Source of the DNA: Anaerolineaceae bacterium
Lineage (GTDB): Bacteria > Chloroflexota > Anaerolineae > Anaerolineales > Anaerolineaceae
DNA length: 24,000 bases
Direction: 5' to 3'
Assembly: GCA_040772525.1 (NCBI GenBank)
Contig: JAXGXZ010000001.1
Location: forward strand, 884,225 to 908,224
Of this stretch, positions 1 to 7,701 are shown in pieces; positions within the stretch are counted from its first letter, which is position 1, and every line of letters begins with the position of its first letter. Made by a program: the position numbers and the translations under genes. Below the pieces are notes generated by a model. It was not told the DNA's origin. It searched no databases and worked only from the letters and a program-made list of their open reading frames with translations.

Positions 1-977
1 AAATCATCTTTCGGTAAAGCTCCTCCTACTGATTTAGGATTCGCATTAAACAACACTTCAAGATAACCGCTTACCTTAGCTTTCATATCATCACCCTCAA
101 TATAGGTGATATTGCAGGCAGGGATCGCTTTTACCGCAATAGGTGCTTTGGCCACAATGCCATAACTCTCTACCCAAACTGCCGCTTCTTCCACGTTGGC
201 ATTTACATATTCCGTAGAGGCTTTGTACTCATCCAAAAACTCACTGAAGGCAAGAGCGTTTTCTTCAGCAAAAGCTTTTCTCACCAGAACCACTCCGGTG
301 ACCAAACTGCTTTCCTTGCTCACCTTATCCCATTCTTCTGTGAGACTCAATGCCACCCTTACCTTTTCGTTCTGCATCTGTACCGCAGTGACATAGGGTT
401 GGGGGAGAACAGCTATGGTATTCTCTGCATCTTTGAGCATTGCAGCAATTTCCGTCGCTTCACTCTTGTATTCGATGTTAATGTCTTTTCCCGGCTCGAT
501 GCCGTTCTCATTCAAAATATAGTTCAGGGCAAATTCGGGGGTCGTGCCTTTTCCGGTACTGTAGACAGTTTTTCCGGCTAAATCCTGGATGGAGTGCACA
601 GTATCACCGCTTTCTACGATATAGAGTACACCCAGCGTGTTGATGGCTGCCACCTGTACTGTCCCCTCAGTTCTGTTGTATAAGATGCTGGCTAGATTGC
701 AAGGGAGAAGCGCAACATCAAGCTCAGCGTTTACCAACTTTGGGACTACCTCGTCTGCAGTTCCAAACATTTCAAATTGGTAATTATGCTTGGCTGAACC
801 ATTTTCCGCATCTTTCATCAATTTGACCATGCCCATGGTGGTAGGGCCCTTCAATGAGGCAACGCGGAACGTGGTCGGAGCGGCTGAGTCCGGCTCTTTT
901 GTTTCTGTTGCAGCACAGCCCGCAAAAAGCCCCAGGCAAAGTACGATAGCCAATAACACAGTAATCAATTTTTTCAT
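1..977 (-). CDS. ABC-transporter substrate-binding lipoprotein (NMT1/SsuA-like binding-protein fold); the last few C-terminal codons lie beyond the window start
   Basis: Absent from the ORF track because the stop is off-window. The reverse complement from ATG 977-975 reads MKKLITVLLAIVLCLGLFAGCAATETKEPDSAAPTTFRVASLKGPTTMGMVKLMKDAENG... and stays open to position 1. It has a signal peptide plus lipobox LFAGC. Plus-strand ORFs 196-396, 399-581 and 790-1023 are antisense shadows. Confidence 0.8.
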   Translation of the reverse strand, partial: MKKLITVLLAIVLCLGLFAGCAATETKEPDSAAPTTFRVASLKGPTTMGMVKLMKDAENGSAKHNYQFEMFGTADEVVPKLVNAELDVALLPCNLASILYNRTEGTVQVAAINTLGVLYIVESGDTVHSIQDLAGKTVYSTGKGTTPEFALNYILNENGIEPGKDINIEYKSEATEIAAMLKDAENTIAVLPQPYVTAVQMQNEKVRVALSLTEEWDKVSKESSLVTGVVLVRKAFAEENALAFSEFLDEYKASTEYVNANVEEAAVWVESYGIVAKAPIAVKAIPACNITYIEGDDMKAKVSGYLEVLFNANPKSVGGALPKDD

Positions 978-1522
978 TTTTGCTTCTTTCTTTTCTTATA
1001 ACATTGAACTTTCGGTAATTTGAAACTTATTTCACCCTTATGCCATAACCAAATTGCTAAAAACCCCTATACGGAGGAACGAGGTTTTAGTATATGGAAT
1101 GGTCTTTTTTCACCTTCCCAATTAGGTTGAACCCTTGTGCATTCAGAGAGATGCAACATGATGCCGAGATTGTAACAAACCCATCTGCGGTTTTCAAGGA
1201 CACGGGACTTCGCTTTTGGTTGTTTTTGTGTTTACTTATGGTAAACAAGATTGGATCAGTGATGATAAATTCATAGCCCGGAGGCCGGTGGTTTGAATCT
1301 GCTCCCTGCTGCTGGCTAAGGACTAAATGGTTGATACAATGCACCACCGGGTTTTAAATTTAGCCTTGCAGGTAGATTAACCATGTATAAATTTCGGTCT
1401 TACGCAATAATTATCAGGATAAAATTATGAATAACTTTCACAAAAGGCGATTGCGGAAATGGTTCTCGAATTTTTACTGTCAAACTAACATGAAAAAGTT
1501 ATCATGATGGCACAGGGAAGGC

Positions 1523-2680
1523 ATGTTAGAAATGATTAATTATCCAGCGATATATATTGCAAATGGAACAGCACTACTGTTGTTATTAGTTATTTTATTA
1601 AGTTCAAAAAGACCGCGGCGTTATGGATTGCTTGACGATAAGATGTACCACGCGATGGTTATTTTAAATATTGTGCAATGCGTTACTGAAACGGTTACTT
1701 TTTTGATAGATGGCAAAATAGGATATGAATATCATATATTGTCGATAGTGCTAAACGTTATTTTATTTATTAACAATATCATATTTGCTTTTTCTTGGAC
1801 AGTATATGTGGACTATAAATTGTTTGCAGATATAAAAAGAATCAAGCGAATATACCCGTTTGTTGCTATACCTGCTGTACTGATTATAATCGGCTCCTTA
1901 GTCAACTTAATGACACCTGTATTTTTTGTGGTCGATAAATATAATATTTATCAAAGAACAGATTTATTTACCGTCCCATATGTTGTCACTTATTTTTACC
2001 TGCTGCATGGGGTTATATTAATCTATTCGTATCGTAAGAAGGTACATAAGTATTTGTTTCTGCCTGCTGTTCTGTTCATAACACCCATTATGATTGGAAG
2101 CCTGCTGCAGTTCTTCTTTTATGGATACTCTCTTGTATGGCTTGGTGTGTCCGTAGGGATGATTTCATTATTTGTCAATGTTCAAAATGAGTCATCTTAT
2201 GTAGATATACTATCGGGATTATTTAACAGACAGTACTTAAATAACATGTTGTTAACGTATGGTAAAAAAAGGGATACTGCCGGAATAATGTTAGACATTG
2301 ATGGTTTCAAAAGCATCAATGATGAATTCGGACATGTTGTTGGGGATGATGCTATTTCTAAAGCTGGCAGGATATTACGTACTGCTGTGGGCAACAAGGG
2401 GATATCCTGCAGATATGGGGGTGATGAGTTTATCGTATTAATGCATGTAAACTCTCAGAAAGATATTTTGGATATGGTTGAAACCATCAAAACACAAGCA
2501 ACATTGTTCAACGAGACAGAAAAGAAACCTTATAAAATAAATTTTTCAATTGGTTACAGTACATACGAAAGCAAGCACGAGTCAATAGATGATTTTTTAA
2601 AGAAGATCGATGCTTCTATGTATGAAGAAAAGAAGAGAAAGATTATTGAAAAAATAATTCCCGATAGAAGACGGAATTGA
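1523..2680 (+). CDS. Integral-membrane diguanylate cyclase (N-terminal multi-TM sensor region plus C-terminal GGDEF domain)
   Basis: 385-aa ORF. About 6-7 hydrophobic helices occupy the first ~215 aa. These are followed by LSGLFNRQYL...GIMLDIDGFKSINDEFGHVVGDDAI...RYGGDEFIVL, an intact GGDEF active-site motif. No RxxD I-site lies 5 residues upstream of GGDEF. GGAAGG sits upstream of the ATG. Confidence 0.9.
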   Translation: MLEMINYPAIYIANGTALLLLLVILLSSKRPRRYGLLDDKMYHAMVILNIVQCVTETVTFLIDGKIGYEYHILSIVLNVILFINNIIFAFSWTVYVDYKLFADIKRIKRIYPFVAIPAVLIIIGSLVNLMTPVFFVVDKYNIYQRTDLFTVPYVVTYFYLLHGVILIYSYRKKVHKYLFLPAVLFITPIMIGSLLQFFFYGYSLVWLGVSVGMISLFVNVQNESSYVDILSGLFNRQYLNNMLLTYGKKRDTAGIMLDIDGFKSINDEFGHVVGDDAISKAGRILRTAVGNKGISCRYGGDEFIVLMHVNSQKDILDMVETIKTQATLFNETEKKPYKINFSIGYSTYESKHESIDDFLKKIDASMYEEKKRKIIEKIIPDRRRN

Positions 2681-2722
2681 AAATACAACGGTGCTGCACT
2701 GTCTTGTGCCTAATGAAATGTC

Positions 2723-2765
2723 TTTTGGGGCTCAGGACTAAGTGGTTTTGACCTGCTCCCCAAAA
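2723..2765. repeat. Imperfect inverted repeat (ttttggggCTcagg / cctgCTccccaaaa, 12 of 14 positions pair) with a 15-nt spacer
   Basis: Read directly. 2723-2736 (ttttggggctcagg) is the near reverse complement of 2752-2765 (cctgctccccaaaa). The right arm coincides with the putative TGA-initiated left terminal repeat of the IS3-type remnant. Confidence 0.5.
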
Positions 2766-3055
2766 ACCGTACCAGGAGAAAAGTTAGTCGCATAAAATCA
2801 TAAAATAAAGAAGGAGCGACAACATAAAAAAACGATATACAGAAGAACAAATCATCAGGATTCTCAAAGCCCATGAAGGGGGCAGGAGTGCCAGGGAACT
2901 GTGCCGAGAGGCAGGGATCAGCGAGCAAACCTATGATTCGATCTTTATCTATTACCTTTATTAAAAGGAATCCGGGTCTCTGACTGGCAGACAATATATA
3001 ATGAGAGAAGATGACAGATTGGACGCATTGGTAATTCAACGGACTTTGTCATCTC
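2749..3055 (+). mobile_element. IS3-family insertion sequence remnant, internally deleted (left end plus orfA N-terminus fused to orfB C-terminal tail)
   Basis: A TGACCTGCTCCCCAAAAACC... IS3-like terminal sequence sits at 2749, with a GGAG RBS at 2813-2816. The orfA-like reading follows (see pseudogene entry). A DWQTIYNERR segment (2982-3011) resembles the conserved W..YN.ERPH tail of IS3 orfB integrases. The total is ~300 bp against ~1.2-1.5 kb for an intact element. No matching right IR was found. Confidence 0.6.
2824..2936 (+). pseudogene. IS3-family transposase OrfA (HTH) N-terminal fragment, with the start codon position reading ATA
   Basis: Translation is (I)KKRYTEEQIIRILKAHEGGRSARELCREAGISEQTY. 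This matches the typical IS3/IS911 OrfA N-terminus (RYTEEQK..IL.EHEAG.SV.ELCR.HGIS..TFY.W). The codon at 2824-2826 is ATA where an ATG is expected, 7 nt after GGAG. Homology is lost after ~38 aa, with a stop soon after. Confidence 0.65.
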
Positions 3056-3076
3056 AAAAAGCGAAAGAATAGGAAG

Positions 3077-4012
3077 ATGGATAATTCCGAGAAACTTCTC
3101 CCAGATTTTTTACTAATTGGCGCTGCTAAATCTGGAACGAGCTCTGTTGCACAATATTTGGCTCAGCATCCTAATATTTATATGTGCCCTGTCAAAGAAC
3201 CACATTACTTTTCATATAACGATAAGAGCAAACACACGACAGGACCAGGGGATGTTATACATAAAGCTATTACCAATTACGAGGATTATAAGGGATTATT
3301 TCTCAAGGCACCAATAGACTCATTAAAGGGGGAAGCGTCAACATCATACCTCTATCGGGAAGAAGCGCCATACAGGATTAGAGAGATGATTCCCAACGTT
3401 AAGCTTATTGCGATATTAAGAAATCCAATTGATCGGGCTTATTCTGCTTATATGCATCAAGTAAGGGATGGCAATGAAACAGCTTCAACTTTTCGTGAAG
3501 GCCTCGCTCTGGAGAAAGCAAGAAGGAAGGCGGGTTGGGATTCTATTTGGCACTATACCGAGGTTGGGAGATATTCAAACCAATTATCCAGATATTTTAA
3601 GATATTTCCCCGGAAGAACATTCGCATTTTTCTCTATGAGGAATTGTCGCGAAATTCTAATCAGCTCATGTCTGATATTTTTAAATTTCTTGAACTCAAA
3701 GAGGATATTATTATAGACACACAAGTTCACGAGAATGTTTCCGGCGAGGTTAAAAAACCACTGCTATGGAAACATACGGTCAAATTGCTGGAGACCCCCA
3801 ATCTCATTAAGAGACTAACTCAAAAATTTATCCCTTTACACGCGCGTCAGAAGGGAGCGGCATACCTTCGCAGCCTGTCTCTTAGCAAGAGTGAAATGCA
3901 GGATGAGGATAGGAAGTATTTGGAGGAATTATTTCAAGAAGAGATACTTAAACTGAGCGAATTGATTGGCAGAGATTGCAGCCATTGGTTATTCACTAGT
4001 AAATCTGATTGA
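3077..4012 (+). CDS. PAPS-dependent sulfotransferase family protein
   Basis: 311-aa ORF. The 5'-PSB-like loop is LLIGAAKSGTSSVAQYL (GxxKxGT[ST]). The 3'-PB-like motif is ILRNPIDRAYSAYMH. The size is typical of cytosolic or bacterial Sulfotransfer_1/3 domains. RBS is AGGAAG. Alternate-frame ORFs 3117-3317 and 3468-3716 are ignored. Confidence 0.85.
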   Translation: MDNSEKLLPDFLLIGAAKSGTSSVAQYLAQHPNIYMCPVKEPHYFSYNDKSKHTTGPGDVIHKAITNYEDYKGLFLKAPIDSLKGEASTSYLYREEAPYRIREMIPNVKLIAILRNPIDRAYSAYMHQVRDGNETASTFREGLALEKARRKAGWDSIWHYTEVGRYSNQLSRYFKIFPRKNIRIFLYEELSRNSNQLMSDIFKFLELKEDIIIDTQVHENVSGEVKKPLLWKHTVKLLETPNLIKRLTQKFIPLHARQKGAAYLRSLSLSKSEMQDEDRKYLEELFQEEILKLSELIGRDCSHWLFTSKSD

Positions 4013-4122
4013 ATACCCTTCAAGCCCACAATAATTACTATTAGAATAAGATAATACTAAAGGAGTATTGTGTTTAGGATCATAATCACCGAAAATCATA
4101 GTACTAGTCTAGGAGGTTATTA

Positions 4123-5712
4123 ATGAAAAAATATTCAATATCTATAATCATCGCTTTAATTTTGGTTCTCCTTATCAGTACCACAGGTTCCGCGGCACTA
4201 CCAGGAACTGGTTGGTGGACTGCTTATCGCGTACAAAACTTAGGTACCACGGATGGAATTCTTTCCATGATGGCCTATGATCAGAACACTACAAGTATAG
4301 GTAGTGCTAACTTTACAGTTGCGATGAACGAGAGTCTCGAATATCACCCAGGTCTTGCGGTAACCTACCCAGCGGGGAACGTAATTGGCTTCACTAACCC
4401 ATTGCCTGCCGGCTTTACCGGATCAGTAGTTTTAGCCGCAAATGTGCCCATTGGAAGCGTGGCAGAAGTTGCAAATTACAGAGTGGGTGGGGTTGGAGCA
4501 ACAACTGGTACCGCAGCAGGTATGTATCAAGGAATCGCTGCGGATGCTATCGCAACTGAGTTGTATGTTCCAACTGTGAAGAATAATTACGTTGGACAGA
4601 CTACTTCTATGTATGTACAAGCAGCAGGGCAAGATGTTAGTGCGACGATCACTTACACTATGAATACCACCACGCCCGGCCAAGTACAAACCTACACGCA
4701 ATCAGCTGACATACCAGCAAATCGCTCTTTCATGTTTGATCCAACTGCTGCTGGGGTTCCTTCCACGAACTGTGGGAATAATACTGCACTCTCACCTTGT
4801 TATGGGTCTGCAGTTATAACTTCCACTACAGGACCAATGGCTGGTGTGTTAGTTGAATACCCGCACACGGGAAGTCCGGCACCGATCCTTCTAGCGACCA
4901 AATTGGCTTCCCAAAATGATTTCAGCAAAACCGTTTACGCACCTTCGATTAAAAATGATTACACCACTTCTGCTACAGCTACGGGTCAGAGCAATGCGGT
5001 AGTGATGAATGTAGGTGATAGCGAAGCACTAGTAAGGATTACTCTAACAGTTACTGAGTTGGGGAAAAACGCTCCCCCCACATCAAATGTGGGTGATACA
5101 TATACGGCAACGGTCACAATCCCCCCAAAGCAGAATTTTAACTTTTCTCAATGGGCTCCAGCGACCCTGGGAAATATGCCCGCCGGTTTGATGGCTTCAG
5201 CTATCATTGAATCGATAACAGACCCAACGCATCAAGTTGCACAAGATCTTATTGGAAGTGGGAATGACAGTAAGACCCAGCCTCTGACTGCCGGAGGAAG
5301 AGCTAAGATTAAATACTCTTTGTTCTCTCAGGATTTGGCCACAGGCAAAGCAGCAGCTCCATTAGTGAAGGAATACTATAATGGCATGTCTGGTGGTCTC
5401 AACATTCAAAATGCCGGTACAGTAGCCGACGTGATAAATGTGGAATTATATGACTTCAATTCTGATACGACATATAAATTTTGGACTAAAACCCCTATCC
5501 CTCCAGGAGCGTCAGTCAGCACATCTGCAGTTTCAGTAAATGGAGCAACTAAGTTTAACAACAACAACATGTTCAGTTGGTCAGAACTCAGGGGCAAGGA
5601 GTTCAGTGCTATCGCATATACTTCCAATGGAGAAAAAATCATTATGATCGTGGCTGAATATGATACCGCTGGTAAGAGAGATATTAGCCGCTATGAGGGT
5701 ATAAACTACTAA
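4123..5712 (+). CDS. Secreted protein of unknown function composed of four tandem ~125-135 aa modules
   Basis: 529 aa. The signal peptide is MKKYSISIIIALILVLLISTTGSA/AL, and a strong RBS TAGGAGGT lies 6 nt upstream. Four recurrences of [VA]P.[VI]K..Y are followed by a ..[VI]QN.G-like strand and a hydrophobic [FY].[GS][SA]..... strand (details in findings). It is rich in T/S/N/G/A. Confidence 0.85.
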   Translation: MKKYSISIIIALILVLLISTTGSAALPGTGWWTAYRVQNLGTTDGILSMMAYDQNTTSIGSANFTVAMNESLEYHPGLAVTYPAGNVIGFTNPLPAGFTGSVVLAANVPIGSVAEVANYRVGGVGATTGTAAGMYQGIAADAIATELYVPTVKNNYVGQTTSMYVQAAGQDVSATITYTMNTTTPGQVQTYTQSADIPANRSFMFDPTAAGVPSTNCGNNTALSPCYGSAVITSTTGPMAGVLVEYPHTGSPAPILLATKLASQNDFSKTVYAPSIKNDYTTSATATGQSNAVVMNVGDSEALVRITLTVTELGKNAPPTSNVGDTYTATVTIPPKQNFNFSQWAPATLGNMPAGLMASAIIESITDPTHQVAQDLIGSGNDSKTQPLTAGGRAKIKYSLFSQDLATGKAAAPLVKEYYNGMSGGLNIQNAGTVADVINVELYDFNSDTTYKFWTKTPIPPGASVSTSAVSVNGATKFNNNNMFSWSELRGKEFSAIAYTSNGEKIIMIVAEYDTAGKRDISRYEGINY

Positions 5713-5733
5713 AACTGATATCCTCTAAGAAAA

Positions 5734-5764
5734 AGCAGGAACAGTGTTCAACACTGTTCCTGCT
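5734..5764 (+). terminator. Perfect 13-bp hairpin downstream of the 529-aa gene (putative terminator, no U-tract)
   Basis: agcaggaacagtg (5734-5746), ttcaa loop, cactgttcctgct (5752-5764). It lies 22 nt after the stop at 5712, is preceded by AAAAA and is not followed by a T-run. Confidence 0.55.
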
Positions 5765-5875
5765 CTAGATTCTTAACTTATATTATTACCTACCCAAATG
5801 GACTGATGGCATAGGAGTAATAACCTATTAAAGTTTTGACGACTAATCATACATAATACTGAAATAAACCTGGAT

Positions 5876-7006
5876 ATGAGATTATTAATTTCTTCTACAT
5901 TTCGCCACACAAGGTGGGATGAGACCTCTGGTCACGTTTATGTTTTTGATGTAGACTCCGAACGCGTGATCTCCAAATCAACTCTTAAGGAACCTGAGTA
6001 TAGGAAATATGACCCTAATCCGCGCGGAGGATTTCGTGGGGTTCGTGGTCTTTCTGTCAATGAAAATGAAATCGCTATTTCTAATGCTACATCTATTTTT
6101 TTCTTCAATAGACAATGGGACCTTTATTTTGAACTTACAAACCCAATTTGTGCTGGGGTTCATGACATTCAAAGAATTGGCTCATCAACATGGGTAACGA
6201 GTACTAGAAATGACTTAATTATTAAGTTCGACGATAATAATGAAATAAAAGAGATCATTGACATTCGAAAGACAATTGATGAGGCAGGTTTGTTAAACAC
6301 AAAACTACTCAGCCTCACAGACCTCAAAGGGAACTCATTCAGCAAAATTGATTTCCGCAATCCTAAAAGTTTCAACGAAGATATTTCTGACCTTCTACAT
6401 GTGAATAGCCTTTGGGTTGACCTTGAGGGGGATAGGCTTTTTATCCTGTGTGGACTAGTAAAGAACGAAATAGTGATTAAGAAGGCAATTAGAAAATTAC
6501 AAAACTCTAATCGCACGTCCCAATTTTTTTCATTATATTATTCCCGGGCCAAAAAAAAGGCAGGTACACTAAAAAACAAAGAACAAAAACCTTTTTTTAA
6601 AAAGGGCTGTTCAATCCTCTTGGAATTGGATAACCAGAGGAAGGTTAGAAACCACTTCATAATTGAAAATACAACAACGCCCAGTCATACGATTAGAAGT
6701 ACAAAAAATTCTCAACTGGTTTGCTTGAATTCAACGACTGGGGCGGTTTATCGGTTTGATGATAATCTTCACTGCGTATCGAAATCAAAATCAATAGGTC
6801 AAGCCTTCCTTCGGGGCTTGTCCCAAATTGATAATGAAACACTTGCCATTGGAGATAACCACGAATTAATTTTTTTTGGAGCCAAATCTGAAGAGATTAT
6901 TTCAAGGCATCGGATTTGTGATGACACATCAGAATCTATTTTTGATGTTAAGATATTACCGGATAATTGGCAGCTGCCTCCGGAAAAACTCATAAAAACG
7001 ATATAA
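5876..7006 (+). CDS. Hypothetical cytoplasmic protein, probably beta-propeller-like; weak arylsulfotransferase(ASST/PF14269)-like motif
   Basis: 376-aa ORF with no signal peptide. It shows repeated strand-turn patterns (GVRGLSVNENEIAISN, FLRGLSQIDNETLAIGD). DLLHVNSLWVDLEGDRLFI resembles the D.FH.NS....DG..L.S signature of ASST-type propellers. A Lys-rich insert reads SRAKKKAGTLKNKEQKPFFKKG. Its stop overlaps or abuts the next gene. No obvious SD. Confidence 0.65.
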   Translation: MRLLISSTFRHTRWDETSGHVYVFDVDSERVISKSTLKEPEYRKYDPNPRGGFRGVRGLSVNENEIAISNATSIFFFNRQWDLYFELTNPICAGVHDIQRIGSSTWVTSTRNDLIIKFDDNNEIKEIIDIRKTIDEAGLLNTKLLSLTDLKGNSFSKIDFRNPKSFNEDISDLLHVNSLWVDLEGDRLFILCGLVKNEIVIKKAIRKLQNSNRTSQFFSLYYSRAKKKAGTLKNKEQKPFFKKGCSILLELDNQRKVRNHFIIENTTTPSHTIRSTKNSQLVCLNSTTGAVYRFDDNLHCVSKSKSIGQAFLRGLSQIDNETLAIGDNHELIFFGAKSEEIISRHRICDDTSESIFDVKILPDNWQLPPEKLIKTI

Positions 7007-7020
7007 TGAGAGTGATAAAT

Positions 7021-7587
7021 ATGAAAAAGGCCATTCTCTCAATAACTCTAATAGTTGTGTCTATAGGTTTGTTGTCTTGCGCTGGAAATAAACAACCCAC
7101 TCAAATGGATTCCAGTATTACTGCAAAACAGAATCCTACACTTCAAACCACTGCAGAACAGATGGTGGTAACAACCGTGGATCCGAATATTGCTTATCCA
7201 CTTGGAGAAGGAACAACTGATCCCAACAAAACATACCCAACAGGCTCGGTTGAGGCGCAGGGGATAGGCGAGCTTAGTCCCGGATTTACCCTTGTAGAGC
7301 CATTAAGTGCTGGTCAAACGATAGTGACGGGTACGGGTGTGCCAAACCTGCCTTTAATATTACTTAATCTTTCAATGGTAGACGAAGTAATTGGCAAAAC
7401 TGTAGCGGATGCCAATGGTGACTTTAGTTTTACTCTGACAACACCATTAATGGCTGGAGAAACCGTTGGATTAAAAATAGGCGATATTACAAATACCGAA
7501 TTTAACCCGTCTGACTTCCTTAACAATCCCACATATTACGACCGCCCTTATGTGGGCATCCTCTTTTACATTGCTTACGTAAAATAA
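7021..7587 (+). CDS. Lipoprotein with bacterial Ig-like domain
   Basis: MKKAILSITLIVVSIGLLSCAGNK carries signal peptide and lipobox LLSC. An alternative start at 7006 (MRVINMKK...) overlaps the upstream TAA by 1 nt. The C-terminal half, GQTIVTGTGVPNLPLILLN...IGKTVADANGDFSFTLTTPLMAGETV, is typical of Big-type Ig folds. Confidence 0.8.
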   Translation: MKKAILSITLIVVSIGLLSCAGNKQPTQMDSSITAKQNPTLQTTAEQMVVTTVDPNIAYPLGEGTTDPNKTYPTGSVEAQGIGELSPGFTLVEPLSAGQTIVTGTGVPNLPLILLNLSMVDEVIGKTVADANGDFSFTLTTPLMAGETVGLKIGDITNTEFNPSDFLNNPTYYDRPYVGILFYIAYVK

Positions 7588-7629
7588 GTCTCTCTTTCCA
7601 AAACAGCATTATTATCAATGCTATTTTGT

Positions 7630-7701
7630 ATGGCTAATAAGACAGATAGACTGTCCCACAGAAAGTGGACATGTAAGTATCACATTGTGTTTGGGCCAAA
7701 G
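7630..7701 (+). pseudogene. IS200/IS605-family TnpA (Y1 transposase) N-terminal fragment, truncated after ~24 codons
   Basis: MANKTDRLSHRKWTCKYHIVFGPK matches the highly conserved IS200 TnpA start (..SH.KW.CKYHIVF.PKYRR). The expected YRR continuation is replaced at 7702 by GGTAGTGTCAAG..., the apparent end of another element. Confidence 0.7.

Noticed and set aside
1283-1310. tRNA-like T-loop string (GGTGGTTTGAATCTGCTCC), suggesting a tRNA or a tRNA-derived integration site
   Set aside because: The flanking bases do not form a T-stem (GGTGG versus CTGCT). No acceptor or anticodon arms could be drawn on either strand, and there is no CCA-adjacent acceptor pairing.
2710-3039. 109-aa minus-strand ORF
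   Set aside because: It runs antisense to the recognisable IS3 orfA/orfB fragments, has no RBS or motif, and is best explained as a shadow ORF over a decayed mobile element.
4123-5712. Eight N-x-S/T sequons in the secreted protein as evidence for N-glycosylation or sulfated glycoprotein
   Set aside because: The protein is very rich in N, S and T, so this many sequons is plausible by chance. No oligosaccharyltransferase gene is present in the window.
6551-6877. Homopolymer tracts inside the 376-aa gene (A8 at 6551-6558, T7 at 6592-6598, T8 at 6870-6877) as possible phase-variation switches
   Set aside because: Such runs are expected in ~33% GC DNA, they encode the Lys/Phe-rich stretches in frame, and one sequence gives no evidence of length heterogeneity. 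They would be worth checking only if read-level variation is available.
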